From positions 1,472,001 through 1,536,000 of the forward strand of contig OZ245838.1 in NCBI GenBank assembly GCA_965228735.1: a stretch of DNA of 64,000 nucleotides, read 5' to 3'. Position 1 is the stretch's first letter, and every line of letters starts with the position of its first letter. The notes under the pieces were generated by a model that saw only the letters and a program-made list of their open reading frames with translations, searched no databases and was not told where the DNA came from. The position numbers and the translations under genes are program-made. The DNA comes from Planctomycetota bacterium (lineage in GTDB: Bacteria; Planctomycetota; UBA1135; UBA2386). Below, in pieces: positions 8,696 through 18,243 of this stretch.

Positions 8696-9781
8696 TCACC
8701 CGCCCTTGCCATCCGCGAGCACGAGCCTCGCGATGCGGTGCGCGCGTTCGCTCGGGTGAAGGTCATCGCGATTGCAGAGGCAGACGACCGTGATGCGACG
8801 CGCGGGGATGCGCAGCAGGTCGGCGCGATACGCAGCCCACGCACCGCCGTGGCTGATGGTGCGCTCGCCTTCGAGTTCACCGAAGACTAGCCCCGTGCCG
8901 TAGTCGATCGCGGAACCGTCGTCGAGCCGCCCGGGGTGCGCCATCGCCGCGAGCAGTTCGGAACCACCGACCTTGCCGTGCTCGAAGTTGCGCGACCAGC
9001 GCAGCAGATCGCCGACCGTGGTGAACACGGCGCCGTCGCCGGTCTGCTCCCAGTTGCTGAAGTGCCACCGCCAGCCGCCGCGCGGGCTGCGGGAGTAGCT
9101 CAGCGCCCGGTTCGGCACGAGAGCAGTGCAGTCCTGATGAACGTGCGTCTGCCGCATGCCGAGCGGCTCGAACAGGCACTCGCGTGCGAAGTCGGCCAGC
9201 GGTACGCCGGCGACGCCTTCGACGATCACCGACAGCAGCAGGTAGTTGCTGTTGGAGTACGACCAGCGACTACCGGGCACGAACTCGAGCGCGTCGATGG
9301 TTCCGAGTGCCGCCATCGCGTCATCCGTCGTGGTGCTGTCCTCGACCAGGCTGCCGCCCTTCATGAGCAGGCCGATGTAGTCGGGCAGACCGCTCGTATG
9401 CAGCACGAGGTGACGTATCGTGACCGGGTCGCACACTGCGGGCAGCTCGGAAACGTGCCGGCGCACCGGATCGTCGAGCCCGAGGTCGCCCGCTCGCTCG
9501 AGCAGCAACACGCAGGCCGCGGTGAACTGCTTGGACGTCGAACCGATGTCGAACACCGAGTCGGTCGTGAGCGGCACGCCACGCTCGAGGTCGGCGAGGC
9601 CGTAGGCCTTCTGCAGGAGCGTCTCTTCACCGCGGGCGACCAGGACCACAGCCCCGGGTGCACCGGGCCGCTTGCAGCCGCGGAACATGCGATCGATGCG
9701 TTGTTCGAGCGAAGGCGAACTCGACGTGCTCTGCGCGGCGAGCGACACGGCGAACAGGACGGCGACGACGAATCGAGGCAT
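8696..9781 (-). CDS. Serine hydrolase, beta-lactamase/AmpC-like family
   Basis: SxxK (GSTSKQF), YxN (YSNSNY), LHTSGL, HGG; the signal peptide MPRFVVAVLFAVSLAAQ places the start at 9781. Confidence 0.92.
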   Translation of the reverse strand: MPRFVVAVLFAVSLAAQSTSSSPSLEQRIDRMFRGCKRPGAPGAVVLVARGEETLLQKAYGLADLERGVPLTTDSVFDIGSTSKQFTAACVLLLERAGDLGLDDPVRRHVSELPAVCDPVTIRHLVLHTSGLPDYIGLLMKGGSLVEDSTTTDDAMAALGTIDALEFVPGSRWSYSNSNYLLLSVIVEGVAGVPLADFARECLFEPLGMRQTHVHQDCTALVPNRALSYSRSPRGGWRWHFSNWEQTGDGAVFTTVGDLLRWSRNFEHGKVGGSELLAAMAHPGRLDDGSAIDYGTGLVFGELEGERTISHGGAWAAYRADLLRIPARRITVVCLCNRDDLHPSERAHRIARLVLADGKGG

Positions 9782-9868
9782 GGTGCGCGATTCTGCCACG
9801 AACGCGTCAGATTCGCTGTCCTCCGGACACCGCTGGCCTGGATGCACCGCGATCCTGCGATACCCGAC

Positions 9869-10516
9869 TCAAGCGCCAGCCGCGCCCGGTCCGTCGAGCT
9901 CGGCGAAGACCGACTCCGGCAACCGTTCCCGCAGCCGCTTCAACGCTCGCGAGTAGCGCTGGTCGACCGCCGCGACCGTCAGACCGAGCAACATCGCGAC
10001 CGTCTTGCTCGAGTTCTGCTCGATGCCGCGCAGCAGGATGATCTCGCGATCGCCCGTACGCAGGTCGTCGAGGCACTCGCGCACCATCGATTGGGTCTCG
10101 TGCCGGACCGCATGCGTGATCGCGCCGCTGGCGTCGGACGGCACCGCGGCGATCGCCTCGCGATCGACCGGTTCGGTCGTGCAACGGCGCAGCCGGCGCC
10201 GCAGCAGGTTGTTGATGCGGAAGTTGATCGTCGTGGTGAGGAACTTGAGCAGCACCGGCGTGAGCCGGCCGTCGCGCTCCTCGAGCGCGTTGAGCTTCGG
10301 CAGCGTGACGAGCCACGCCTCGTTCACGAGATCCTCGGCCTCGACCTGCGTCCGCAGCTTGGGCCCGAGCCGATACTCCGCCGCGGCCAAGAGGACCGGC
10401 GACAACCGCGCGACGACCGACCCGAGACTGTCCGTATCCCCGTTCGCCGCGCGCCGGACGTGAAACGTGGTGTCCCACGATCGGGATTCGTCGGAGTTGC
10501 CGGGAACGGGATTCAC
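9869..10516 (-). CDS. ECF-type RNA polymerase sigma-70 factor
   Basis: Region 2 EAEDLVNEAW; region 4 DREIILLR...VAMLLGLTVAAVDQRYSRALKRLR. Confidence 0.9.
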   Translation of the reverse strand: MNPVPGNSDESRSWDTTFHVRRAANGDTDSLGSVVARLSPVLLAAAEYRLGPKLRTQVEAEDLVNEAWLVTLPKLNALEERDGRLTPVLLKFLTTTINFRINNLLRRRLRRCTTEPVDREAIAAVPSDASGAITHAVRHETQSMVRECLDDLRTGDREIILLRGIEQNSSKTVAMLLGLTVAAVDQRYSRALKRLRERLPESVFAELDGPGAAGA

Positions 10517-10599
10517 TGCGATGCGGTTCGCGAAACGCGCCCGCCTCGGATCGTAGCCGACCGCGAGGGACGGGCAACCGATCTGCTACCGTGGCCCCC

Positions 10600-13302
10600 A
10601 TGCTGACGGACCCGCATCCCGACGAGCCGGCGATCGTGGCGGCGTTCCTGCAGCAGATCCTCGACGATCGCGACCGCGGTGTCGAACGAACGCTCGCTGA
10701 GTATCAGCGGCAGTTCGCAGGGCACGAAGCGGCCATTGCCGCGGAGTACGAACACGTGCTCACTGATGCGCCGAACGCGAGCACGGGCGGCAGCGAGCCG
10801 CACGGCGCCGGCTACGAGTCGCCGTTCGGCTTCGAGTTGATCCGGGGCCCGATCGCCGAGCGCTACCGCGACGCCGAGGAGATCGCGGCGGGCGGCATGG
10901 GCACCATCTACCGGGTCTGGGATCCGATGCTCAAGCGCACTCTCGCGAAGAAGGTGCTGGGCACCCGCAAGCGCGCATCGAGCACGACGACGACCGTGGT
11001 CGATCGCTTCCTCGACGAAGCCCAGGTGACCGCGCAACTCGACCACCCCGGCATCGTGCCGGTGCACGAGCTCGGGCTCGACGACGAGGGCCGCGTCTAC
11101 TTCACGATGGCGCTCGTCCGCGGCCGCGACTTCAAGGCGGTCATCGACCTCGTCCATGCCGGTGAGTGGACGTTGCCGCGCGCGCTCGGCGTGCTGCAGC
11201 GGGTGTGCGAGGCCGTCGCCTTCGCGCACAGCAAGGGCGTGATCCACCGCGATCTCAAGCCGGCCAACATCATGGTCGGGCCGTTCGGTCAGACCTACGT
11301 GCTCGACTGGGGGCTCGCGCGCGTCGTCGACGAGGACACCGCGCGCTCCGCCGCCGACGACGACTCGCCGACGGTCCGTTCGGGCCGTCACGACCCCGCG
11401 GGGAACGACAGCTCACCGTTCCTCACCCTTGAAGGCGACGTGATCGGGACCCCGGCCTACATGGCGCCCGAGCAGGCCCGCGGCGATCTCGACCACGTCG
11501 GCACGCGCAGCGACGTCTACGCGATCGGCGCGATGCTCTACCACCTGCTCGCCGGTCGCATGCCGTACGGCGACACCGATACGACGACGTGGCAGGACGT
11601 GCTCGACGCGACGTTGACCGGCCCGCCGACGCCGTTGAGCGAGCTCTCGCGGGACGTGCCCGACGAGCTCGTCGCGATCCAGACCCGCGCGATGGCCCGC
11701 GACCCCGGCAACCGCTACGAGTCCGCGCACGATCTCGGCGAGGACCTGCGCGCGTTCCTCGAGGATCGCGTGGTGCGGGCCCACCGCACGGGTGCCGTCG
11801 CCGAACTCTCGAAGTGGGTGCAGCGCAACCGGCTCGCCGCGGCCGCGGCCGCACTCGCCGCGTTCTCGCTGGTCGCCGGTCTCGGCACGAGCGTCTGGCT
11901 CAAGGGCGTCGCCGACGACAACGCCGAACGCGCGGTCCTGCAATCGGAGACCCAGCAGGCCGTGCTGGACTTCCTCAACAAGGACCTGCTCGCGGCAGTC
12001 GCTCCGGGCGCCGTGGGGAAGGACGCGACGATGCGCGCGGTGCTCGATCGCGCCGCCGAGTCGATCGAAGGCCGCTTTCCGGATCGCCCCCTCGTCGAGG
12101 CCGCGGTGCGGCGCACGCTCGCGGACACCTACCGCCGGCTCGGCGTGCTCGACGCGGCCGAACGCCACGCGACGCGATCGGTGAAGCTCTACCTCGGTAA
12201 CGACGGCGGGGCCGAAGAGACGCTCGATGCCCGTCGCGTGCTCGCGGTCATCTATCGGCGACAGACGCGACTGCGCGAAGCCGCGGAGGAGAACCGCGAA
12301 ATCCTGCTGCTGTCGCGAGTCGCGTTCGGGCCGCGACACGAGGACACGCTGACGGCCGCGAACAACCTCGGTCTCGTTCTCACCTATCTCGGTGAACGCG
12401 AGGAGGCCGAACCGCTGCTGCGCGAGGTCTACGAACAGCGCCGCAGCCGACTGGGTCATGACCACGACAAGACGCTCGTGTCGATGTGCAACCTCGGCCT
12501 GCTGTACTACAACTGGGGGCGCTACCGCGAAGCCGAGCCGTTGATCAAGGGCGAGCTCGACCTGTGCACGAAGAAGCACGGCGAAGCCAATCCCGGCACC
12601 CTCGTATCGATGAACAACTGGGCCAACCTGCTGCACGCCACGGGGCGCACCGAGGATGCCATCGCCATGCACGAACGGGTGTTCCGCGTCTCGCAGGAAG
12701 TGCGCGGCGAAACCCACCCCGAGACGATCCAGGCCCTGACACAGCGGGCTCGCATGCTGACCACTATCGAACGCTTCGACGAGGTCGAAGCGCTGCTCGA
12801 GGTCGCCCGCGAGCGCGCCATGGTGCACGGCCCGGACCATCGCAACAGCCTCGAGATCGAGACGGTCCACATCGGTCTCCTGCTCGCGCGCAAGGACGTT
12901 GCTGGCGCCCTCGTGGCCTCCGAGACGCACCTCGCGCGCAGCCTGCGCGTGCGCGGCGAACGGGCGGAACGCAGCTTGCAGGCCCGCCGCCTGCGGGCGC
13001 GGGCGCTGGCCGACAGCGATCAGGCGACCGCGGCGCTCCAGCAGGTCGACGCGGCGATCGCCGCGATCGGCGGCGACGTGACCATCGAGCTCATGCGGCA
13101 GAAGATCCTCCGCGGCGAGTTGTTGACAACTCTGGAACGTTATTCAGAAGCCGAGTCGGAGATGCTCGCGGCCGAGCGCTACTTCGCCGAACGTCTGCCG
13201 CAGGCGCGCGACCACGGCGCCGTGATCGAGCAACTCATCGCGCTCTACGAGGCCTGGGGTCAACCGGACACGGCCGACACCTGGCGCGCGCGCCTGCAGT
13301 AG
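10600..13302 (+). CDS. Hanks-type Ser/Thr protein kinase with a TM helix and TPR repeats
   Basis: GGMGTIY, HRDLKPANI, DWGLAR, GTPAYMAPEQ; TPR-like NNLG/EAEPL repeats. Start is ATG 10600 (alternative GTG 10591). Confidence 0.95.
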   Translation: MLTDPHPDEPAIVAAFLQQILDDRDRGVERTLAEYQRQFAGHEAAIAAEYEHVLTDAPNASTGGSEPHGAGYESPFGFELIRGPIAERYRDAEEIAAGGMGTIYRVWDPMLKRTLAKKVLGTRKRASSTTTTVVDRFLDEAQVTAQLDHPGIVPVHELGLDDEGRVYFTMALVRGRDFKAVIDLVHAGEWTLPRALGVLQRVCEAVAFAHSKGVIHRDLKPANIMVGPFGQTYVLDWGLARVVDEDTARSAADDDSPTVRSGRHDPAGNDSSPFLTLEGDVIGTPAYMAPEQARGDLDHVGTRSDVYAIGAMLYHLLAGRMPYGDTDTTTWQDVLDATLTGPPTPLSELSRDVPDELVAIQTRAMARDPGNRYESAHDLGEDLRAFLEDRVVRAHRTGAVAELSKWVQRNRLAAAAAALAAFSLVAGLGTSVWLKGVADDNAERAVLQSETQQAVLDFLNKDLLAAVAPGAVGKDATMRAVLDRAAESIEGRFPDRPLVEAAVRRTLADTYRRLGVLDAAERHATRSVKLYLGNDGGAEETLDARRVLAVIYRRQTRLREAAEENREILLLSRVAFGPRHEDTLTAANNLGLVLTYLGEREEAEPLLREVYEQRRSRLGHDHDKTLVSMCNLGLLYYNWGRYREAEPLIKGELDLCTKKHGEANPGTLVSMNNWANLLHATGRTEDAIAMHERVFRVSQEVRGETHPETIQALTQRARMLTTIERFDEVEALLEVARERAMVHGPDHRNSLEIETVHIGLLLARKDVAGALVASETHLARSLRVRGERAERSLQARRLRARALADSDQATAALQQVDAAIAAIGGDVTIELMRQKILRGELLTTLERYSEAESEMLAAERYFAERLPQARDHGAVIEQLIALYEAWGQPDTADTWRARLQ

Positions 13303-13353
13303 GCCCGCGCGGAGGTAGTGGGATTGCCCACCGTGGTGCGATAGCGTCTCGGC

Positions 13354-14040
13354 ATGCTGTCCCAGCGCCCGACGTCCAAGGCTCCACTGCGCATCTACCT
13401 GGTCGGGGCGCACGCGACCGGCAAGACGACACTCGCACGTTGGGTGCGCGATCGCTACGGGCTGCCGATGATCGCCGAGGTCGCGCGCGGCGTGCTCGCC
13501 GAGATGGAGGCGCGGCTCGACACGCTGCGCACCGACATCGATCTCGTGAATCGCTATCAGCGCGAGGTGTTCCGCCGCCAGATCGAGGCGGAGCACAAGG
13601 TCGACGGCCCGTTCGTCAGCGATCGGGCCTTCTGCAATCTGGCCTACGCCGCCGATCACTCGACGATCCTCGGCTCGGTGTTCCGCGACCCCCGGCTGCG
13701 CGAGTACATGAACTGGGTCCGCGGCGGCATCGTGTTCTTTCTCCGGCCCCACCAGCAGCTCGTCGTCCCCGACGGGACGCGGGCGGGACTCGAGTGGGAG
13801 GACGTCGTGCGCATCGACGGCATGGTCAAGCTGCTGCTCGAGATGTTCGACGTGCCGTACGTGCCCGTGGAGTCGCTGGCCATGCAGGAACGCGTTCGCC
13901 TCGTCGAACGGGTCCTCGGTCTGGCCGGTCTGCCGAGCCGTGCCGCCGCCGCAACGACGCCAGCCCCCGCAGGCCCGGTCGTCCCGGAGCCTCGGCCGGA
14001 CGTCGTCGCCGCGCCGCGTCGTGACGCTCCGCCAAACTGA
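13354..14040 (+). CDS. NadR-like/AAA_28 P-loop NTPase (nucleotide kinase fold)
   Basis: Walker A GAHATGKTT, EVARGVL, FVSDR...NLAY. Confidence 0.8.
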   Translation: MLSQRPTSKAPLRIYLVGAHATGKTTLARWVRDRYGLPMIAEVARGVLAEMEARLDTLRTDIDLVNRYQREVFRRQIEAEHKVDGPFVSDRAFCNLAYAADHSTILGSVFRDPRLREYMNWVRGGIVFFLRPHQQLVVPDGTRAGLEWEDVVRIDGMVKLLLEMFDVPYVPVESLAMQERVRLVERVLGLAGLPSRAAAATTPAPAGPVVPEPRPDVVAAPRRDAPPN

Positions 14041-14328
14041 GTCGGTCCGTGGCGGCACGGCTCGGGCGAACGATGCGCCCGCATCGGCCCCGACGAAACC
14101 GGAGCAACCGGGCCCCGACGCCCTGTTCTCCACGGCTTTCCCCCGGGGTTTCCCCGTCGAATCGCAGTCCCGACGGGTCGCCACCCGGCCGTCGATTTTC
14201 AGACCCACTCCACCGGCCAACTCGCTCCCCGTTGGTCACTTCCAACTTTCTTGACCTGTCCCTCCACAGTCTGTGCACACGTTCACAAGGCGTGAAGACG
14301 CCGCGAACCGCGCCATCCCGACGGACTC

Positions 14329-15744
14329 GTGACCGGAACTTCCCACAGCCAGCGCCAGAGCCGCGGACTCGCGGATGAACTGTGGCAACTCGCCCGACTC
14401 GCGGGCCCGATCGCGCTCGTGCAGTTCGGCATGACCACGCTCAGCGTGACCGACGTCGCGATGCTCGGGCGGCACGAACCGGGCGCGCTGCCCGCGATGG
14501 GGCTCGGGAACGTGCTCGCGATGGCGGTCACGATGTTCGCGTTCGGGGCGCAGACCGCGGCCGATCCGATGCTGTCCCAGGCGATCGGCGCGAAGGACGA
14601 CGATGCGGTGCCGCGGATCCTCGGCCGCACGCTGCTCCTCGGAGTCGTGCTGACGGTGCCGTGCGCCCTGCTGCTGCTGCCCGCCGGCACCTGGCTCACG
14701 TGGCTCGGCCAGCCGCCCGAGCTGATCGGGGACGCCGCGACCTATGCGCGCCTGCAGGCGCTCGGCGTGCTGCCGTTCCTCTGGTACTCCGTCGCGCGGT
14801 CACTGCTGTCGGCGCAGGCGCGGACCTCGGCCCAGGTGATCACGATCGTCGCGGGGAACCTGCTGAACGTGCTGCTCGACTACTGGCTGATCTTCGGCGG
14901 TCTCGGGGTCCCGGCCCTCGGCGCAACCGGCGCGGGAATCGCAACGGTCACGGTGCGCTGGCTCATGCTGGCCGCGCTCGTCTGGTTCGGCCGCGACGTG
15001 ATCGTACCGCAGTTGCGCGGACTCGCCGACCGCACGGTGCGGGCCGCCGCGTTCGCGTACCGACCGTTGCTCAAACTGCTGCGCCTCGGCGCGGCGGTCG
15101 GCCTGCAGTTCGTCCTCGAGTTCGGGATCTTCGGTGCCGCCGGTCTGCTCGTCGGCATGCTCGATGCCGAGCGCGGCCCGGCCGGGAGTGACGGCGCGAT
15201 GCTCGCCGGCCATCAGGTCGCGCTGCAGCTCGCGTCGCTGAGCTTCATGATTCCGCTCGGCATCGGCATCGCGGCGTCGGTCCGCGTCGGCTGGGCCGTT
15301 GGCCGCGGTGATCAGGACGCGGTGCAGCTCAGCTGTCGCGCCGCGCTGTTCGCCGGTGCAGGAACGATGACCGCGTTCATGCTGCTGTTCCTCGCGATTC
15401 CGGGTCCGCTCGCCAACCTGCTCGCCGAGCACGCCGGCGCGCTCGAGGTCGCGATCGCGCTGATCCCGATCGCGGGGGTGTTCCAGATCGTCGACGGCGT
15501 GCAGGTCGTCGCGATCGGCTGCCTGCGCGGTCTCGGCGATCTGCGGTCACCCGTGCTGGCGAACGTCGTCGGGTTCTGGCTGCTCGGACTGCCGGTCGCC
15601 GCGGTGCTCACGTTCGGCCTCGACCTCGGACCGGTCGGGCCGTGGTGGGGACTCGTCATCGGCCTCGCTGCGGTCGCGGCGATCCTGCTCGTCGTGCTGC
15701 GACTCCGCGTGCGCGACCGCCGCGGCCGACTCGCGGTCGACTGA
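14329..15744 (+). CDS. MATE family efflux transporter (NorM-like)
   Basis: About 12 TM segments; LARLAGPI, DVAMLG, LNVLLDYWLIFGGLGVPALGATGAGIAT, FQIVDGVQ. Confidence 0.93.
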   Translation: MTGTSHSQRQSRGLADELWQLARLAGPIALVQFGMTTLSVTDVAMLGRHEPGALPAMGLGNVLAMAVTMFAFGAQTAADPMLSQAIGAKDDDAVPRILGRTLLLGVVLTVPCALLLLPAGTWLTWLGQPPELIGDAATYARLQALGVLPFLWYSVARSLLSAQARTSAQVITIVAGNLLNVLLDYWLIFGGLGVPALGATGAGIATVTVRWLMLAALVWFGRDVIVPQLRGLADRTVRAAAFAYRPLLKLLRLGAAVGLQFVLEFGIFGAAGLLVGMLDAERGPAGSDGAMLAGHQVALQLASLSFMIPLGIGIAASVRVGWAVGRGDQDAVQLSCRAALFAGAGTMTAFMLLFLAIPGPLANLLAEHAGALEVAIALIPIAGVFQIVDGVQVVAIGCLRGLGDLRSPVLANVVGFWLLGLPVAAVLTFGLDLGPVGPWWGLVIGLAAVAAILLVVLRLRVRDRRGRLAVD

Positions 15745-15762
15745 CGTGGTTGGAAACGACAA

Positions 15763-16389
15763 CTAGGCCTTCGCGGCGGTCGGGTTCCACGTCGAGATCC
15801 GCACGCCGTTCTGGAACGCGTCGAGCACCCCGATGCCGCCGTGCGGCAGGTTCAGCGACACGCAGCGCGACAGCCGCATCCCGAGCATCGCGGCGGCGAA
15901 CCCCGAGAGCAGCGACCCCGGCATGACGACCGCGAGCGCCTGACCCGCGACCTTCGGCATCGTCTCCGCCCACCATTCGAGCATGCGTTCGACGGCGTCG
16001 CCGAGGCTCTCCCCGCCCGGCGCCTTGCTGTCGCCGAACTCGGAGAAGAACGTCTGCACGGCGCTGCCCTCCTCGCGCGCGATGTCCTGCCACGCGCGGC
16101 CCTGCCACGACCCCATGTCCTGGTCGCGCAGTCGAGGTTCGATCGTCAGTTCGAGCTGCTTGCCGTCGGCCAACCCCTTGGCCGGCTCGGCGCACTGCGG
16201 CTGCGGACTCGCGAACACCGCCGAGAGCGGCGCCGGCCCGAGCAACTCGAGCCACTGCAGCACCTGCGTCCGCCCGCGCCGCGACAGATCGGCCGGCCCA
16301 CCACCGATCGCACACTCCGCATGCGCGGCATCGAGCTCGGGATGACGGATCAGAACGAGGCGGCAGAAATCGGCAGGCTGGTCGAACAC
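15763..16389 (-). CDS. Histidine phosphatase (phosphoglycerate mutase/CobC-like) family protein with atypical catalytic motifs
   Basis: LVLIRHP, LSRRGRTQ, RLRDQDMGSWQG, PGGESL. Start uncertain; GTG 16389 chosen. Confidence 0.8.
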   Translation of the reverse strand: MFDQPADFCRLVLIRHPELDAAHAECAIGGGPADLSRRGRTQVLQWLELLGPAPLSAVFASPQPQCAEPAKGLADGKQLELTIEPRLRDQDMGSWQGRAWQDIAREEGSAVQTFFSEFGDSKAPGGESLGDAVERMLEWWAETMPKVAGQALAVVMPGSLLSGFAAAMLGMRLSRCVSLNLPHGGIGVLDAFQNGVRISTWNPTAAKA

Positions 16390-16585
16390 GGCTGGCGCAT
16401 CTTGGGATCCACCGCCGCCGCAGGCAACGCTCACCCCCGATGGCGGTACTGAACCCGCTTCGAATCCGCCACCCCACGCCCTCCCCTGCCGCAACCTAAC
16501 GCCCACCTTACGGCCGCACGCGGACGGCGGATTCGAAGCGGGTTCGGTACCGCCACCGTTCCGGGGAGGGGGTAGGCTGCCGGGC

Positions 16586-18181
16586 GTGAGCTTTGCGACG
16601 CTGAAGACGGGCATCGACGGTCTCGACGGCATCCTCGGCGGCGGCATCCGTTACCCCGACGACGCGGCCGTTTTTCTCTGCATCGCGGGCGGCCCCGGGA
16701 CGGGCAAGACGATGCTCGCGCTCGAGCTCGTCGTGCGCGCGTGGCTCGAGGGCGAGGACGGCGCGACGTTCCTCTACTACTCCGTCGAGCACACGCCGGA
16801 GAGCCTCGAGAAGAAGCTGCGCGACGACTTCGACTGGTTCGGCGCCGGTGTCGCGATCGAGGTGCAGCCGAAGGAGGTCCCGGGGCGCCTCGTGCTGACC
16901 GCGAAGGGACCGAACGGCGAGACCCAGCTCACCGTCACGCAAGCGCGCCCCGCGTCGCTGCTGCAGAAGAACGCGCGCGGCACGACCGTCGACATCGACT
17001 GGATCCTCGCCGAGATCGAGAACCACCAGCGGGCCGCACCCGTGTCGATGGTCGTCATCGACAACGTGGGTCTGCTGCTCACCGACCTCGAGTACTTCGA
17101 GAAGCGCACGACGTTGCTCGAGACGCGCCGGCGCCTGCTCGAGAACCGCATCCACGGCATCTTCGTGATGGAGGAAGCGCACCCGCGCGACCTGCGACTG
17201 CCGTCGGCCGAGGAGTTCTCGACCGACCTGATGATCTACCTGTCGTTCCACGAGGAAGCGACCGACTTCAAGGCCCGCGCGATCGAGATCACCAAGGCCC
17301 GCCACCAGTACTACTACCGCGGCGTGCATCACTTCTCGATCGCCGGCCGCGGCATCACGCGCGACGTCTACCTCGGCGCGCGGAACGAGCGCGGCCCGGG
17401 CCTGCACGTCTATCCATCCGTCGCAGCCCAGCTCTCGATGGCCCGCGATCAGGCGCGGTTCACCGTGCCGGAACGCGGCAGCGACACGATCTCGCTCGGC
17501 CATCCCGACCTGGACCGCGCGTTCCTGCACGGCACGGGGCCGGCCGAGCGGAGCTCCACGGTGCTGCTCGCCGAGCCGGGCACCCGTTCGACGTTCCTCG
17601 CGCTCCGTTTCCTCGCGGCCGGCCTGCACGCCGGCGAGACCGTGCTCTTCGTCTCGACGCTGGAGGACCGCGACGCCATTCGCCGCATCTGCGAACGCGA
17701 GGCCGTGCTGCGCGAGGTCTGCCTGCAGCCCGACGGCCGCTTCGTCAGCAACTTCCGCGTCGTCTACCTGCACCCGGAGTTCATCGCGCCCGGCAAGTTC
17801 GCCTGGGACCTGCTGCGGCTCTGCCAGGGCGGCCATGCGGCCGGGACTGCGCAGGCCGTCACGCGCCTGGCGTTCGACAACATTCACAACCTGCAAGACC
17901 GCTTCCCGCTGATCCACCAGCAGCGGTTCCTGATCGCGGCGATGCTCGACATGGTGCGCTACCTCGGCGTGACGCCGTTCTTCGTCGACTTCGTGCCCCC
18001 CGACCGCGGCCGCCGGGCATCGGACTTCGACCCGTCACCGTTCCTCATCGGGTTCGACAACGTGTTGCATCTGAGCTTCGAGCAACGCGACCAAGGCCAA
18101 CGCCCGGTCGTGCGCGTCGTGAAGTCGGTCGGGAACGACTACGCCCTCGAACCCCTGACGGTCGATTGGCGCAAGGTCTGA
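16586..18181 (+). CDS. KaiC/RAD55-like RecA-superfamily ATPase with two tandem domains
   Basis: TGIDGLDGILGGG, Walker A GGPGTGKT, VVIDN, IEITKAR; second domain LGHPDLD...AEPGTRST...LAFDN. Confidence 0.85.
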   Translation: MSFATLKTGIDGLDGILGGGIRYPDDAAVFLCIAGGPGTGKTMLALELVVRAWLEGEDGATFLYYSVEHTPESLEKKLRDDFDWFGAGVAIEVQPKEVPGRLVLTAKGPNGETQLTVTQARPASLLQKNARGTTVDIDWILAEIENHQRAAPVSMVVIDNVGLLLTDLEYFEKRTTLLETRRRLLENRIHGIFVMEEAHPRDLRLPSAEEFSTDLMIYLSFHEEATDFKARAIEITKARHQYYYRGVHHFSIAGRGITRDVYLGARNERGPGLHVYPSVAAQLSMARDQARFTVPERGSDTISLGHPDLDRAFLHGTGPAERSSTVLLAEPGTRSTFLALRFLAAGLHAGETVLFVSTLEDRDAIRRICEREAVLREVCLQPDGRFVSNFRVVYLHPEFIAPGKFAWDLLRLCQGGHAAGTAQAVTRLAFDNIHNLQDRFPLIHQQRFLIAAMLDMVRYLGVTPFFVDFVPPDRGRRASDFDPSPFLIGFDNVLHLSFEQRDQGQRPVVRVVKSVGNDYALEPLTVDWRKV

Positions 18182-18243
18182 CCCCGGCAACCCGTAGCGC
18201 CTGCGGCTTGCGCCCGGGCCCCCACCGCTCCACCATGCCGAAC

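Noticed and set aside
8696..9781. Antibiotic-resistance beta-lactamase
   Set aside because: Motifs fit the broad serine hydrolase/peptidase family; nothing specifically supports beta-lactam hydrolysis
16586..18181. Circadian clock kaiC
   Set aside because: No kaiA or kaiB, no S/T phosphosites, and the second Walker A is degenerate
16741..18234. Long N-terminal extension of the TolB-like ORF; similar extensions on hscA (46379) and the MFS gene (37325)
   Set aside because: Out-of-frame overlap with upstream genes; signal peptides or coupled starts define shorter CDSs
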